Virus record (IMG/VR): IMGVR_UViG_3300028920_000034
Coordinates: 1-64,000 of that record
Origin: a virus
DNA: 64,000 nt
Reading direction: 5' to 3' (one strand)
Position numbers and translations under genes: made by a program. Under the pieces are notes generated by a model. That model had not been told where the DNA came from. It worked only from the letters and a program-made list of their open reading frames with translations, and did not search any database. This document shows positions 43,458 to 54,300 of this stretch, in pieces. The first letter of the stretch is position 1; each line of letters starts with the position of its first letter.

Positions 43458-44483
43458 TCACTTGTCATATTCCATGCAGTAGAACGTGACCGACACCACC
43501 TCGCCATCGAAGGCGTTGTGCTCCTCCAACCAAATGCGGATCTCGATGCCCTGCCCATCGATCAGCTCCCGCACCGGGCCAAAGTCGAACGGGATGTTCA
43601 CCACGTCGTACTCCAGGCCGCGCTTCGCTCCGCCCAGCGCCGGAGTGATCGGGAACACGCCGTTGGCCTCCTGAACCAAGTCGAACCACTTCTTGTAGAT
43701 GTGGCCCATGCTGACCGTGGGGCCGCCGATCACAGCCGGCTGGTACTGGAAGGTGTCGTTCATCGTAATGTCGGTGGTGAATTGCGCCTCCGACTTCTCA
43801 ATCCAGAGTTTTTTGCCTTCGTTCGGCCGCATGTAGAACGTGGACCCGTTCTCGTAGCTGTAGTCCGCCGTGACCGTCTTGCCCGCCTGCGACTCAGCGA
43901 ACGTCACCGTGCCGCTCTCGTAGTCGATGGTGTAGTCGCCGCCCTCGTCCTTGAACGCCGGCCGCTCGGCTTTCTCCACGCCGTCCACGTAGACCTTGGC
44001 CAGATACGGTGCGCTCACCCGGTCCTCGCGGAACACCCGGCCGTGAGCCAGATCGATCCAGTTGTCGTGCGGGCTATTGAACGTGAGCCCGTCACCGGAA
44101 TCGGTGAGCGATCCGCCTTCCACGCGCTCGCTGTCACCATACCAGGTACATGGGTCGGTCCACAGGTGCGTCACGATCAGTCGCGCCTCTCCATCGTGCT
44201 GTGGCTCCTTCACCGTGACCAGGCGGTTCTGTGAATCCAGTTGCGCCGTGGGATTCGGAAGCGGCTCGCCACTGTGGGCTGCCACCACACCATCCAGCGT
44301 CGTCTGCTCCCCGGCCGAAAGCTCTGCCTTGAACCAAATATCGCAGTCGTCACCGTTGACGTTGATGTAGTCTAGGGCCACCGTGATGGTGCTCGCTTGG
44401 ATCTCCTGGGTGAGCCGGTCGGACGCGACCTTGCCGCTCGGGAAATCCTCGCTGACGCTGTAGCTGTACTTGGTGTCCGCCAT
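43458..44483 (-). CDS. tail fibre/accessory structural protein
   Basis: YSVSEDFPSGKV...LDGVVAAHSG domain; DYTIDYESGTVTF. Confidence 0.7.
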   Translation of the reverse strand: MADTKYSYSVSEDFPSGKVASDRLTQEIQASTITVALDYINVNGDDCDIWFKAELSAGEQTTLDGVVAAHSGEPLPNPTAQLDSQNRLVTVKEPQHDGEARLIVTHLWTDPCTWYGDSERVEGGSLTDSGDGLTFNSPHDNWIDLAHGRVFREDRVSAPYLAKVYVDGVEKAERPAFKDEGGDYTIDYESGTVTFAESQAGKTVTADYSYENGSTFYMRPNEGKKLWIEKSEAQFTTDITMNDTFQYQPAVIGGPTVSMGHIYKKWFDLVQEANGVFPITPALGGAKRGLEYDVVNIPFDFGPVRELIDGQGIEIRIWLEEHNAFDGEVVSVTFYCMEYDK

Positions 44484-45562
44484 TAGATCACTCTCCAGAT
44501 TTCCAAACGAGCACGCTTGATTGATGCCGTGTTTCCGCCACTGCTCGCGCAGTAGTCAATGTCAATTTCATGCGACCCGGCCCCCAGGGTCACGTGGCCG
44601 AAGCCAGAGGCCGGATGCGACTGGTTGCCTCCTGGGTCCTTGGGCTCCTGGCGCTGCTCTGCCAGGGTAGTGGTGTCGTCCACTTGGACCCGGCCACGGA
44701 AGTCCTGGCTGGCCAGGCTGTACCGCCACTCATAGGACCAGCCAATCCGGTACGTGCCAGCCGGGAGCGACGGCGTGGTCAGCTTCAGCTTTTGCTGCCA
44801 AGCCGTACTGGTGGTACTTGATTCGCTGTCGCTGGCCGACTCCTGAAACTCGGAACCGAACACGACGGACAGTGGCGTTGGAGCCCACGCGGAACCACTC
44901 CAGGCAAGCACCTCGTCTGCCGATGGTTCCGTCGCAGATACGTTCCGGCCCTGTAGCTTGTCTGCGTCCTGTTTGTCGGCCAGAACGCCGTTCAGACCAG
45001 CTACGCTGATCTCGTCTGCTCCGCCGTCCTGGTGAGTCGATGCGTGATTGGAAGGTGTCTGCGGGTCTGCCAGCGTCCCAGATAGGCCGGTCACGCTGAT
45101 TTCGTCGCTGCCTCCATCCTCATGCGTCGAGCCGTGGCCCGATGGTGTCTGCGGGTCGGCCAGGGTGCCAGATAGGCCAGCCACGCTGATCTCGTCGCTG
45201 CCGCCGTTCTGGTGACTTGCTGCGTGCGCGTTGGGATCACGGGGACTGCTCGCATCGTCCAACGTGGCATCGGAGATCTTGGTGTTCAGGTTGGCCAGCG
45301 TGTCGGCCAGGTGCTCGGAGCCACCGATCAGGTGAGCCTCCACCGCAGCCGTGAGCGTATCCCACGCCGTGTTGCCATCGTTGCGGCGATACAGCTTGGA
45401 GTCCGTGGTGCGCCAGAACAGCTCCTTCGGCTCAGGGCTCGCAGGCAGGGTGCTCCCAGACGGAACAATGAGAATACCACCATCGTCCCGGTCGAATTCA
45501 TACACCCCGGCGATGACCTTGCTGGTGGAGTCGTCAATGACGACAATCGTTGCTCCGCTCAT
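44483..45562 (-). CDS. tail fibre protein with His-containing 30-aa repeats
   Basis: three HxxxHxxGGxDEISVxGLxGxLAD repeats; DADKLQG; VLAWSGSAWAP. Confidence 0.75.
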   Translation of the reverse strand: MSGATIVVIDDSTSKVIAGVYEFDRDDGGILIVPSGSTLPASPEPKELFWRTTDSKLYRRNDGNTAWDTLTAAVEAHLIGGSEHLADTLANLNTKISDATLDDASSPRDPNAHAASHQNGGSDEISVAGLSGTLADPQTPSGHGSTHEDGGSDEISVTGLSGTLADPQTPSNHASTHQDGGADEISVAGLNGVLADKQDADKLQGRNVSATEPSADEVLAWSGSAWAPTPLSVVFGSEFQESASDSESSTTSTAWQQKLKLTTPSLPAGTYRIGWSYEWRYSLASQDFRGRVQVDDTTTLAEQRQEPKDPGGNQSHPASGFGHVTLGAGSHEIDIDYCASSGGNTASIKRARLEIWRVI

Positions 45563-46113
45563 GTAAGCACCGCCGTCTGGCTGGCCAGCTTTCCGCCGCT
45601 CCAGGTGTACGTGATCGTCAGTGTCTCCACAGCGACACCGCTCCCATCGTACTGAATGATCACTTCGGTGGCCACCCGGCTCCCGCTGTAGGTGTACTGG
45701 TACTCGCGCACCTTCAACGTCTTGGTAACGTCGGTCCAGTAGGTCATGTTGGTGAGCCTGGCACCGCTCCAGGTGTTCTCCAGGTAGTAGCTCTCGGCCA
45801 CATCGTGTACGAGCTGGTCCAGCACCCTGTGGGTTGCCGGCGTGAGCCCGCCACCACCTGTAGCTAGATCGGTAAGGGTCAGAGGCGTGGTGTTCTCCAC
45901 GTCCTCGAAGGTCATGCGGTCCGCGCCGTCCTGGGACAGCTTGACCGTCTTGCGGATGGTGGTGTCCGGAGATGGGCGCTGGGGGTAGATTCCACGGGCA
46001 GCGAGCACATCTTCCCAGGGATTCACCTCCCCTGGGGTGTAGTCGGTCTCGGTGCCTCCGCTGCTAGGACTTTCCCACTTTACAGGGAGTACCGCATCGC
46101 CATCGGTGCCCAT
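45559..46113 (-). CDS. structural protein with YD-like beta repeats
   Basis: YTYSGSRVAT / YTWSGGKLAS. Confidence 0.65.
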   Translation of the reverse strand: MGTDGDAVLPVKWESPSSGGTETDYTPGEVNPWEDVLAARGIYPQRPSPDTTIRKTVKLSQDGADRMTFEDVENTTPLTLTDLATGGGGLTPATHRVLDQLVHDVAESYYLENTWSGARLTNMTYWTDVTKTLKVREYQYTYSGSRVATEVIIQYDGSGVAVETLTITYTWSGGKLASQTAVLT

Positions 46114-46171
46114 CTGCGGCCTCCAATCTGGAAGGCCGGGCAGCCCTATCGCTGCCCGGCTCCAGGTTGCG

Positions 46172-47572
46172 CTACACGCGCTTGGTGCCCAGGTCCATCA
46201 CCTGCACGTCCAGGTCGGATCCGTTGGCGGCATAGCCCATGCGGACCACGCGGCCCGGGGTGGGGATGCTGCCGAAGGTCACCAGGGCGCCAGCCGTGCC
46301 CAGGAAGTAGGGCGTGTTGACCGTGGCGCCACTCAGGCACCCGGTACAGATCCCATGCTTCACCACGTCGCTGGTACCGGGGTTGGCCCCGCCGCCCGTC
46401 TGGGCCACACCGATGGTCCGGGAGTTGGCCGGGGTGGCGATGGGCGCGTTGTCCGCGTGCTGGATCTCGTTGTTGACCGCGCTCCACCGGACCGCACGGC
46501 CACTGGTGACGGCCGCGTTGTTCAAGTGCGTGTCGAGCACCTTTTTGGCGCTGGACACCGCGGAAATGGTGTGGGTGTGCAGCGAGTCCGCGTTGGACGT
46601 GGGGCCCGCCGTGAGGGTGTTCAGGTTGGCCGCCGTCACGTTGGCGCTCACGGCCACGTCGTTGATCTTGAACAGGCTCGGCACACCGACCACCTTGAGC
46701 CCGTCGCCGTCCACGTCCAGGGTGTCCGGAGTGTCGTCCAGCTCGAGCTCCACGCCGCTGGTGCCAAGCACCAGGCCGTGGGCGCCGTCCACCAGGACGC
46801 GGAGCTGCTTGTCCGGCGAGGTGCCGGTGAGCTCGAGGCCCGGCGTGGTGGCCAGGTCGATGCCCACGCTGTCCGTGGGGAGCTCGGTGATACCGTCACC
46901 GAAGTTGACGGACAGCACGTTGCCGGTCAGGTCCAGGCCGGCGCCCGCGGTGAAGTTGCCGCCGGAGAACTGGATCCAGGTGTTGGTATCGTAGACGAAC
47001 GCCTTGTTCTCGTAGATGGACTGCTCACCGTTGATCAGGATGGCCCAGCCGTCCGTGGTGGTATCGAAGCTCCAGGAGTCCCCGGTGGCATCGTAGGTGC
47101 CGATGTTGTTCTCTTCGCTGGCGAACGATCCGGCGGCGCCGGTGCCGATCACCACCACCCGGGTGCCGTCCGGGGGCTCGCCGCCGGAGTTGGCCACCAC
47201 CACGTTCCACTGGGAGCCGTCCCACTCCACAATGTCCCCGTCCGTCTGGGTGCTCCAGTTGTTTACCAGGTAAGCGTCACCGGCCGCCGGCGCCGCGGGG
47301 TCGGATCCGCCCTGGTCTGCGTCGGACACGATCTTGAGCACAGCCGCCGGATCCTTCCATGCCAGACCCGAGGCCACGCTATCCACGTAGGCTTTCGATG
47401 CCGCCGCCGTGTCGCCGCTGGGTGTACCCGGTAGACCGGTCACCTCGTTCGATCCCATGGCAATGTCGCCATTCATCACGATGCCAGCGAGGGTGAGCTC
47501 GTCCGCCGTGGGGTCGTGCTGATCGTGGAATCCGTTGCTCGGATCCAGCTTGAAAAATCTGACTTGGGCCAT
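46172..47572 (-). CDS. tail fibre/decoration protein
   Basis: DTAAASKAYVD, AGAGLDLTGNVLSV fibre motifs; C-terminal cement-like domain. Confidence 0.75.
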   Translation of the reverse strand: MAQVRFFKLDPSNGFHDQHDPTADELTLAGIVMNGDIAMGSNEVTGLPGTPSGDTAAASKAYVDSVASGLAWKDPAAVLKIVSDADQGGSDPAAPAAGDAYLVNNWSTQTDGDIVEWDGSQWNVVVANSGGEPPDGTRVVVIGTGAAGSFASEENNIGTYDATGDSWSFDTTTDGWAILINGEQSIYENKAFVYDTNTWIQFSGGNFTAGAGLDLTGNVLSVNFGDGITELPTDSVGIDLATTPGLELTGTSPDKQLRVLVDGAHGLVLGTSGVELELDDTPDTLDVDGDGLKVVGVPSLFKINDVAVSANVTAANLNTLTAGPTSNADSLHTHTISAVSSAKKVLDTHLNNAAVTSGRAVRWSAVNNEIQHADNAPIATPANSRTIGVAQTGGGANPGTSDVVKHGICTGCLSGATVNTPYFLGTAGALVTFGSIPTPGRVVRMGYAANGSDLDVQVMDLGTKRV

Positions 47573-47599
47573 GTCTCGGTGCTCCTGTCCAGAAGATGG

Positions 47600-48160
47600 T
47601 TAGACCACCCGACTGTTCAGGAATTCGGCTTCCGCCTCGTCCTCAGATCCAGATTCGGGTGATTCGGTTTTCTTGGGCTGGCTGGCCTGTTGAGACGGCT
47701 TCTGATTGCCGATCTCGTTCAGGTCACCCATGTAGATGATCTTGCCGTCCGACTGCCAGGTGTAGTTCTGAAGGTTGATCCCGAGCTTGTTCTCGAGCTC
47801 CCCCAAAAACACCTTCATCTCGTTGTCCGCCTGGCGAACCTCCGCCTCCGCGGAGTTGATCTCGGCCCGCTTGGCTGCCTTTTGTGCGATGTGATCCCGC
47901 ATGAGGATCTCGAGCCCTTGCCTGGCGTTCAGGAGCTTCGCCTGGGTGCCGTTCACCCGCTCCACCATGAACTTGCTCATGAGCCAGTCGCGCTCCTCGA
48001 GGGTAATCTCAGCGAGCGGATGGAGCTCGTCCTTGTCCGCAGGCTCTGGCACAGACTTGGCCTTGGCCGGCTTCTTCTTGGAAGCCGCCTTGCGCTTCGT
48101 GGTGCGCTTCTTGGCCGGAGCCTTTTTTGAACGGGTGGATTTCGATGCCTTCGTTGTCAT
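47600..48160 (-). CDS. protein with Lys-rich N-tail, coiled coil and acidic C-tail
   Basis: GGAGG RBS; same architecture as 59465..59959. Confidence 0.7.
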   Translation of the reverse strand: MTTKASKSTRSKKAPAKKRTTKRKAASKKKPAKAKSVPEPADKDELHPLAEITLEERDWLMSKFMVERVNGTQAKLLNARQGLEILMRDHIAQKAAKRAEINSAEAEVRQADNEMKVFLGELENKLGINLQNYTWQSDGKIIYMGDLNEIGNQKPSQQASQPKKTESPESGSEDEAEAEFLNSRVV

Positions 48161-48256
48161 CTTCGCCTCCAATCGGGTTTCCCTTTGGTGGGATTCGAAT
48201 CTTGATTTGGATCTCGGGCATCATTGTACCCGTAACCCATGGCCGAGACAACAGTA

Positions 48257-48673
48257 TCAGGAACGTCTGATGGTGATGAGAGTGTCGGGTCTCACGTGGA
48301 ACCGGTCATCGCCTAGGGACCGGCCCATGAATTGGATCCAAGAGTAGCCGTTGGGGCCCACCACGGGCGGAGCTGCCTCGAGGCCCCCGGTGCCCCCCAC
48401 CATGTAGCCGTGGCCGCGCTGGAGTCCGGACAGGATCCCATGCGGTAGGATCCCATCTGTTTGTACTAGGCATGAAGTAGGAGATAGCTTGCGGATCACA
48501 ATGCCAAACGCTGGCATCTTGTCCTCGTCCCACGCCTCCGCCTTTTCGACTGGGTACACGTAGCCGGAGGGGTCACCTGTGAGGTAGACCGGATCCCCGA
48601 CCGATTCCGCCGCGGTGCAGGAGCCGCGGACGATGGAGCCGGCCGTTGACGCTACGGTGTTTCGTTGGCGCAT
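48257..48673 (-). CDS. DUF2190/cement-like structural protein
   Basis: VGDPVYL...KA.A....MPAFGIV...VQTDG...GL..G..Y.VG..GGL. Confidence 0.65.
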   Translation of the reverse strand: MRQRNTVASTAGSIVRGSCTAAESVGDPVYLTGDPSGYVYPVEKAEAWDEDKMPAFGIVIRKLSPTSCLVQTDGILPHGILSGLQRGHGYMVGGTGGLEAAPPVVGPNGYSWIQFMGRSLGDDRFHVRPDTLITIRRS

Positions 48674-48825
48674 CGGGCCGCATCATACCGTGAGTGCGTG
48701 GAGTTTCGCCAGGAGCGTGTCCATGCGCTCCACGAACGCCTGGCGCCGCTTGGTGGTCTCGCGGTCCTGACGGATCTGCTTTGCCACCACCGGTGAGACC
48801 GATTCAGCCAGATCGATCACACCGG

Positions 48826-49293
48826 TTATCTCCTGCTCATCCCATTCCGCTGGAGGAGGAAGTTCAGGGTCTGAATCACATTCTCCACCTTCGCATCCAG
48901 CCGGGCATCCGTGATCGCCTTCGCGTCCTCCACCTTGTCCCGGAGGGCTTCCAGGCGGTCGTGTTCCACCTGAGTCATGTAGACGCTCCGGCACGATCTC
49001 TGATGCTCCGAGATGGTAGTAGCCTGGGCCGAGATCTGCGCCACCAGCCTGTTGGCCTTGCTCCAGAGCTGCTCCTCCACCGTTCTCCTCTCGTTCCGTT
49101 CTCGCTCGAAGGATTTTTCTAAGTTCTCCAGTATCACGACTATTTTGAGGAGCTCCTCCATGTCCGTCTGGAGATCCTCTATCTCCTTGTCCTTCCGGCG
49201 GATCTCCCTCAGAGCCACCCAGCCTATGATTGCGAAGATAGCTGAGAGCAGTGCTCCGGCGGTTGTCACTATCGGTCCGATCCACTGGTTCAT
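48826..49293 (-). CDS. single-TM coiled-coil protein (lysis-accessory/holin-like)
   Basis: TM TTAGALLSAIFAIIGWVAL followed by coiled coil. Confidence 0.6.
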   Translation of the reverse strand: MNQWIGPIVTTAGALLSAIFAIIGWVALREIRRKDKEIEDLQTDMEELLKIVVILENLEKSFERERNERRTVEEQLWSKANRLVAQISAQATTISEHQRSCRSVYMTQVEHDRLEALRDKVEDAKAITDARLDAKVENVIQTLNFLLQRNGMSRR

Positions 49294-49324
49294 GGTGCTT
49301 ACCGTTTGCCATCGCGTCCCCTCG

Positions 49325-49627
49325 CTACAGCACCTCGTCCAGGTAATCGGCCAGCCGTTTGCGGCGGGCAAAATCGTCCTCGACTTTGCCGATCTCCTCG
49401 AGCTTGGCTCGCTCCACGGAGCTCTTGGCCTCTACCTTGGCGCGTTCGATGGTGGCGTCGGTTTCGGCCTTGAGGATCTCCTTGCGGGCCTTCACGGTGA
49501 AGGTCTCGGCCGGAGCCGGTTTGGGGCTTTTTCGTAAGAGTAGATACAAAACAAGTCCGCCCACTGTCACCAGCACCAACACCAGGACCCACCACCACTT
49601 TCGGATCCACGCTTTGAAGCGGGCCAT
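49325..49627 (-). CDS. N-terminal TM coiled-coil protein (inner-membrane spanin-like)
   Basis: WWWVLVLVLVTVGGLVLYLLL + helical domain. Confidence 0.6.
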   Translation of the reverse strand: MARFKAWIRKWWWVLVLVLVTVGGLVLYLLLRKSPKPAPAETFTVKARKEILKAETDATIERAKVEAKSSVERAKLEEIGKVEDDFARRKRLADYLDEVL

Positions 49628-49631
49628 GGTG

Positions 49632-50360
49632 TTACCCGTTCCGGGTCACGGCTTTGGCGTCCACCTTGTCCGCCGCGCCGTTGTCCGTTTTGAGCTTCGC
49701 CGCCTTGTCGGCTGCCTCCCGCTTCACCAGGACCATTTCCTCCGCAGAGAGCTCCTGGGTGCCCTCGCCCTTGAGCCAGTCGTTCACCCGCTTGAGGAGC
49801 TCCACCAGCTTGTCATCGCCCTTCCAGGAGGTGCCCTTGGCCAGCGACTCCACCACGGGGAACGCCTGGTCCACGTAGCCCAAGATCTTCTGCCAGCGTT
49901 CCGTCTTGAGCTTGGCGCGCCAATCCTGGCCCTTCACCACGCCCAAGATGGCCCCGATGATGCTCAGGAGCCCGATCAGAATCTTGACGATCAGCCCGAT
50001 CCACTTGTCCGCCTTGTCCCACCCGCTCGCCTTGGGCGCGGATGGGGCCGCCATGGCCGCTGGCTGGCCGCTGGCTGGCACTGTGGCCATGGCAGGAGTC
50101 TCGGTGGCCGGAGCTGCCGTCATGGCCGCCACAGGGGCGCTGACGGGCGCCGTGGCCATCGCGGGGGCCTCGGTGGCCGGAGCTGCCACCACGGGCGCCA
50201 TGGCAGCCATCGCAGGCGCGGGCGCGGGCGCGGCCATGGGCGCGGCGGTCATGGCCGTGGCCGGGGTCATGGCCGGCTGGGTGGCCGGCTGGGAGCTCGA
50301 GGGGGTGACGCCCACCAGGAGGAGGGCCAGGAAGGCCAGGGTCATCATGGATCGTCGCAT
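49632..50360 (-). CDS. membrane protein with signal peptide, Ala/Pro/Met linker and LL-H holin-like C-terminus
   Basis: LIGLLSIIGAILGVV TM, then VDQAFPVVE...KGDDKL. Confidence 0.6.
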   Translation of the reverse strand: MRRSMMTLAFLALLLVGVTPSSSQPATQPAMTPATAMTAAPMAAPAPAPAMAAMAPVVAAPATEAPAMATAPVSAPVAAMTAAPATETPAMATVPASGQPAAMAAPSAPKASGWDKADKWIGLIVKILIGLLSIIGAILGVVKGQDWRAKLKTERWQKILGYVDQAFPVVESLAKGTSWKGDDKLVELLKRVNDWLKGEGTQELSAEEMVLVKREAADKAAKLKTDNGAADKVDAKAVTRNG

Positions 50361-50364
50361 CGTT

Positions 50365-50580
50365 TCACGTCCTTTCCCATGGCCGGCGCCCTTCGGCTAC
50401 GGCCTGTACTGCGCTCTCGAGGGTGTGTCCCACGAAGTCCTGGACACTCATCCCGAGGCGAATCGCTGCGTCGGAGAGCTGCCTATATCTTACAGGAGTT
50501 GTCACCAGAACGAAATTGTCCTCGCCCTGGACGGTCTCCACGGGGACCGCGCTCGCATCATCATCCGGTTGGCTTCTCAT
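50365..50580 (-). CDS. small RHH-like DNA-binding protein
   Basis: VLVTTPVRYRQLSDAAIRLGMSVQDFVGHTLESAV. Confidence 0.55.
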   Translation of the reverse strand: MRSQPDDDASAVPVETVQGEDNFVLVTTPVRYRQLSDAAIRLGMSVQDFVGHTLESAVQAVAEGRRPWERT

Positions 50581-50581
50581 C

Positions 50582-50652
50582 TTGGCACGCCTGTTGCTTC
50601 TGTTTCTCTATACCCTATCTCCCCTCTTAGAAGAGAAGAGTCTTGAGGGTGT
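50582..50652 (+). promoter_or_regulatory. conserved element copy 5 (sigma54-type motif, antisense)
   Basis: TTGGCACG-CCTG-TTGCT-TCTG...CTATCTCCCCTCTTAGAAGAGAAGAGTCTTGAGGGTGT. Confidence 0.75.
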
Positions 50653-50669
50653 CCGCCTGGCACCCGTGA

Positions 50670-51353
50670 CTAATAGCCCGTGTTGTTTCCTCGCCACCTG
50701 TAATTCTTGGCCACCGTTTGCCATGCAGACCGGCCGCTCCACTTGATCGACTTCGGCTTCTGCACCGTTTCATTGAACTGGAGCGACACCTCCGCCAGGC
50801 GCGTGGTGCCGTCCGGGAACCACCGCTTCCGGGTCACGTCGCACTGGGCCATGATGCAGAGCATCTGGTCCGGCACACTGGTCCTGCTCGCGCTTGGCGA
50901 GATGGCGTTCTTGGGGATCACCAAATAGATCAGCGGCGGAGGCAGAACAAACTGCTTTTTGGTGTCATAGGTCGGGGTGCTCAGGCTTCGCAGGTAGGCG
51001 ATGGCCGCTTCAATGTCCACGTCGTGCTTGCTCTCGGTGAGCTGGCCAGGAGCTGGCCCGAACTCCCCCGCCAGGTCTCGGGCGAACGTAGCCGTGAAGC
51101 TAATGGTGTGCTCCCCCATGGCGATGAACTGGTACAGGGGCACCGAGCCGCCCGGGATGGTCTTGTTGGACCAGTTGGGGCTGTAGTTGTCAGAGATCTC
51201 CGGGGGCCAGAACTGAAAAGCCCTCGTCTGATCCTTATCGACGTTGCCCTCTGGGTCGCATGGGATCAAAAAAACATTCGATGGGCTGTCCTGCATGAAG
51301 CCAGACTTCTGGCCACCTACCCAGCTCCCCACAAGTGAAAGCAGACCAGCCAT
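50670..51353 (-). CDS. contractile-tail tube-initiator/CIS tube-like protein
   Basis: FQFWPPEISD...W....IPGGSVPLYQF..G...ISF; WFPDGTTRLAEVSLQFNE. Confidence 0.7.
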   Translation of the reverse strand: MAGLLSLVGSWVGGQKSGFMQDSPSNVFLIPCDPEGNVDKDQTRAFQFWPPEISDNYSPNWSNKTIPGGSVPLYQFIAMGEHTISFTATFARDLAGEFGPAPGQLTESKHDVDIEAAIAYLRSLSTPTYDTKKQFVLPPPLIYLVIPKNAISPSASRTSVPDQMLCIMAQCDVTRKRWFPDGTTRLAEVSLQFNETVQKPKSIKWSGRSAWQTVAKNYRWRGNNTGY

Positions 51354-51356
51354 GCC

Positions 51357-54300
51357 CTACACCTCCTCCAGGTCCCAGGTGTTGAAATTGAAGGTGGTGC
51401 TCCTGGTGAGATTGTTCCCACTCAGGCCCACGATCCGATTCGTGCCCCCTCCGCCCGGATACCGAGCTCGCCCCTGGCCGGAGTTACTCATGACACAGGC
51501 GTCCGGGAAGCCCACCACCATCGTGTTGACCCAGAACGCCCGGCCGAAGTTGGGCGACGTTCCAATCATGGCCACCGAATTCCCGGTTACGCTCACCCCA
51601 TAGGGGCCGCCGCTGGGGTAGTCGCTCAGGTAATCGATCCCCAGCCACACCCGCTGGTCTGCCCCCGAGGCCCCCATCTGGTCCTCGTAGACGCAGTTGG
51701 CCACCACCAGGCTCAGAATGTCGTCCACGCGGATCCGCGCGTTCAGTTGGCCGGCCTTGTGCCGGTCAGACCCTGTACTGACATGGTGCATCCCATCGAT
51801 CACCAAGCGGCAAAACGCATCGCAGTGAACGTCATTCGTCTGCCAGTTTTTGATAGAGCCGCCGATGATGTTCACCGAGCCGTAGGTGGCACTGTTGGTG
51901 ATATAGACCCCCTTATAGGACTCGGTGGCCACTTGCGGGTCTGGGCCGGAGAGGTTCGCCGCCACAATGTCCACCTGGCCACGCTGTTCCACGTTTCGCA
52001 GCCGGATAGCCGTGAGCCCGAACACGGTGCCCCCCACCGTGGAACTGTAGTTGACAATGGCCGGCCGGATGATCTTGACGCTGGCCTCCGCGCTCACGTC
52101 GCTCACGATCAGCAAATTGTTGTCATCGTGATCAAAGGTGCGACCGTAGCCAACATTCTTGAACACAATGTCCTCCAGGACGTGCTCCTGGGGACCAGCC
52201 GTACAGTCCAAGGCAAACACCCCTCGCAGAGAATTGCTCCCAGCGATGAAGTTGGGCTCGCCCTCGCCCATGTCGATCTCGAGGCCGTGAATGTCCACCA
52301 GCATTTTCTGGCCGGCTTGATAGATGGCAAACAGGGACACCCCGATGTTGGTGTTGACGGGATGATCGTACTTGAGCTTGCAGTCTCGCACCGTGAGCCG
52401 GCCGTAACCGCCACCGCTTCCACGCTGGCCGATGAACACGCCGTAGTTGGTTCCACGGTGGACAAAGGAAACCCGGTTCAGAGTAAGGAAGATCCCCTCC
52501 GCCAAATTCGTGTCCACGTACAGACACGACGGGTAGGCCGCCCCGTCTTTTTGGCCAATCCGGCAATCCTCGAAGAGAATGTCTCCGGTCTCTGCGTCCT
52601 CATCGATCCACACCCCGCCGCCTTCGTTTCCACTGTTGACGGTTGGGTCAATGTCACAGTCCCGGAACACCACGTAGGCGTAATTGACGATGCTACCCGT
52701 GATCACCAGGCAATACTCGTCCGTGAGCCCAGTCACGCTGTAGGGAATGAAGCTGCACGTCTGGAACACCAGGCGCATTGACCATTCGTTGCTATCCGTG
52801 AGCGTGCGCCCCACGTCGTCGCAGATCACTTGGCCGTCAAACTTCACGTTTTCCACGATGCCCCAAGCGTACTGGAACGTGGTGGCCCCAGAGCTGGCAA
52901 AGTGACACTGCCGCATGTCTAGGTCACCACTGGTCACCGTGGAGTCCTCATTGAACACGCAGTTGCGAACCGCGACCATGATGCCCCGCAAGGTCACCGC
53001 ACCGTCAAAATTGCACCGCCTTAGAACCGTGCGGTCCTGGACACCGAGGCGCCCGAAGGTACACGGTCCGGCAATGTCACAGCCGTCCAGAATGACGGTG
53101 CCCCCGTTGGTTCCGCTGTCGATGGCAACGTCCCCGGAGGTGCTCGAGATATAGAGCCCGTCGCACTCCAGAACCGCACTGGAGCTTGCAAGCTGGATCA
53201 TCGGAACGGCATCGGCCCCGAGTCGCTTCACAACAATGTTGGGCCGCTCGCAAACGATCTTGATCTTCGTGGAAATGGACAGCGTGCCGAGCCAATACTG
53301 ACCAGTGGTAGCGATCCCTGGAGCGCCCTTCAGATAGATCGTGCCGCTCAAATTGTTGCTGGTGAGATACTGGATAGCGTTTGCCAAAGCACTGGCACCA
53401 GCGAAGTCCACACTGGCATCTGAGTCATCAGACGACACCACAGTGGCCGCGCAGTGATCCCGGATGGTCTGGCTGGTGACGGCGCTCATGCCCTCCCGCA
53501 CGCCCAGGACGCCCTTCGTGTACTCCTGAACGTCCAGGGAGCCGAAGGTGGACTTGGCTCCGGCCTTCACCGCTACCTCAGCCCACACCTGGAAGGGATC
53601 CGTCAGCCGGATGAACGGGTTTTCGTAGAACCCATCAGCATCCGCGTCCGAGCTCGGGGTAAGCTGCGATGTGTTGGTGCTGTCATAGATCCCATCGATC
53701 TGAATCGCCTTCCAGGTGTAATAGTCCCGGAGCCCTTCCTCGAGCGCCTCCCCGCCGCTGGCGCAGAACAGCTCAAACCACTTCTTGGCCGTCCCGACCG
53801 CGCCCTTCCCGATGTACCAGGTGCCCAGGAGCTGGAAACTGGCCACCGGAGGAGTCACGCTCACCACCTGGGTGGTCTTCTTGGCGAACACCCGGGCCTC
53901 GGTGGCGCTGATCGTGGCGAACGGATTGCTCGAGCTCGGGGAACTCGCCCCGTCCATCGCATCTTTCTGGTCCTGGTTCGGGAGTCGATCCCAAGCATCC
54001 TGGTTCATGAACCCGTAGGGATTCTTGTAGGTGGTGCTCGGCACCGGCTCGAGTGTGTTGGCCAAACTGTCGAGCTGCTTCACGTAGGACGTGAGGATCG
54101 TGGTGGCCCCCAGGGGGATCTCAACCTTGGCGAACGGGATGGAGTTGGCTCCCAGGTCCCCGATCTCGCCCACGCGCACGTAGCCCGTGACCGTGGAGCT
54201 CACTTGGTAGGTGGCGTCCAGCCACAGGTACAGGTCCAGCGAGGCCGCGCTGGCATCGAACTCGAACTCGAAGTCAAAGGCCGCATCGAAGCGGATCGCC

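Noticed and set aside
50030-50290. Ala/Pro/Met repeat DNA as a second non-coding array
   Set aside because: The periodicity is codon-based and lies in frame within a signal-peptide-bearing membrane protein.
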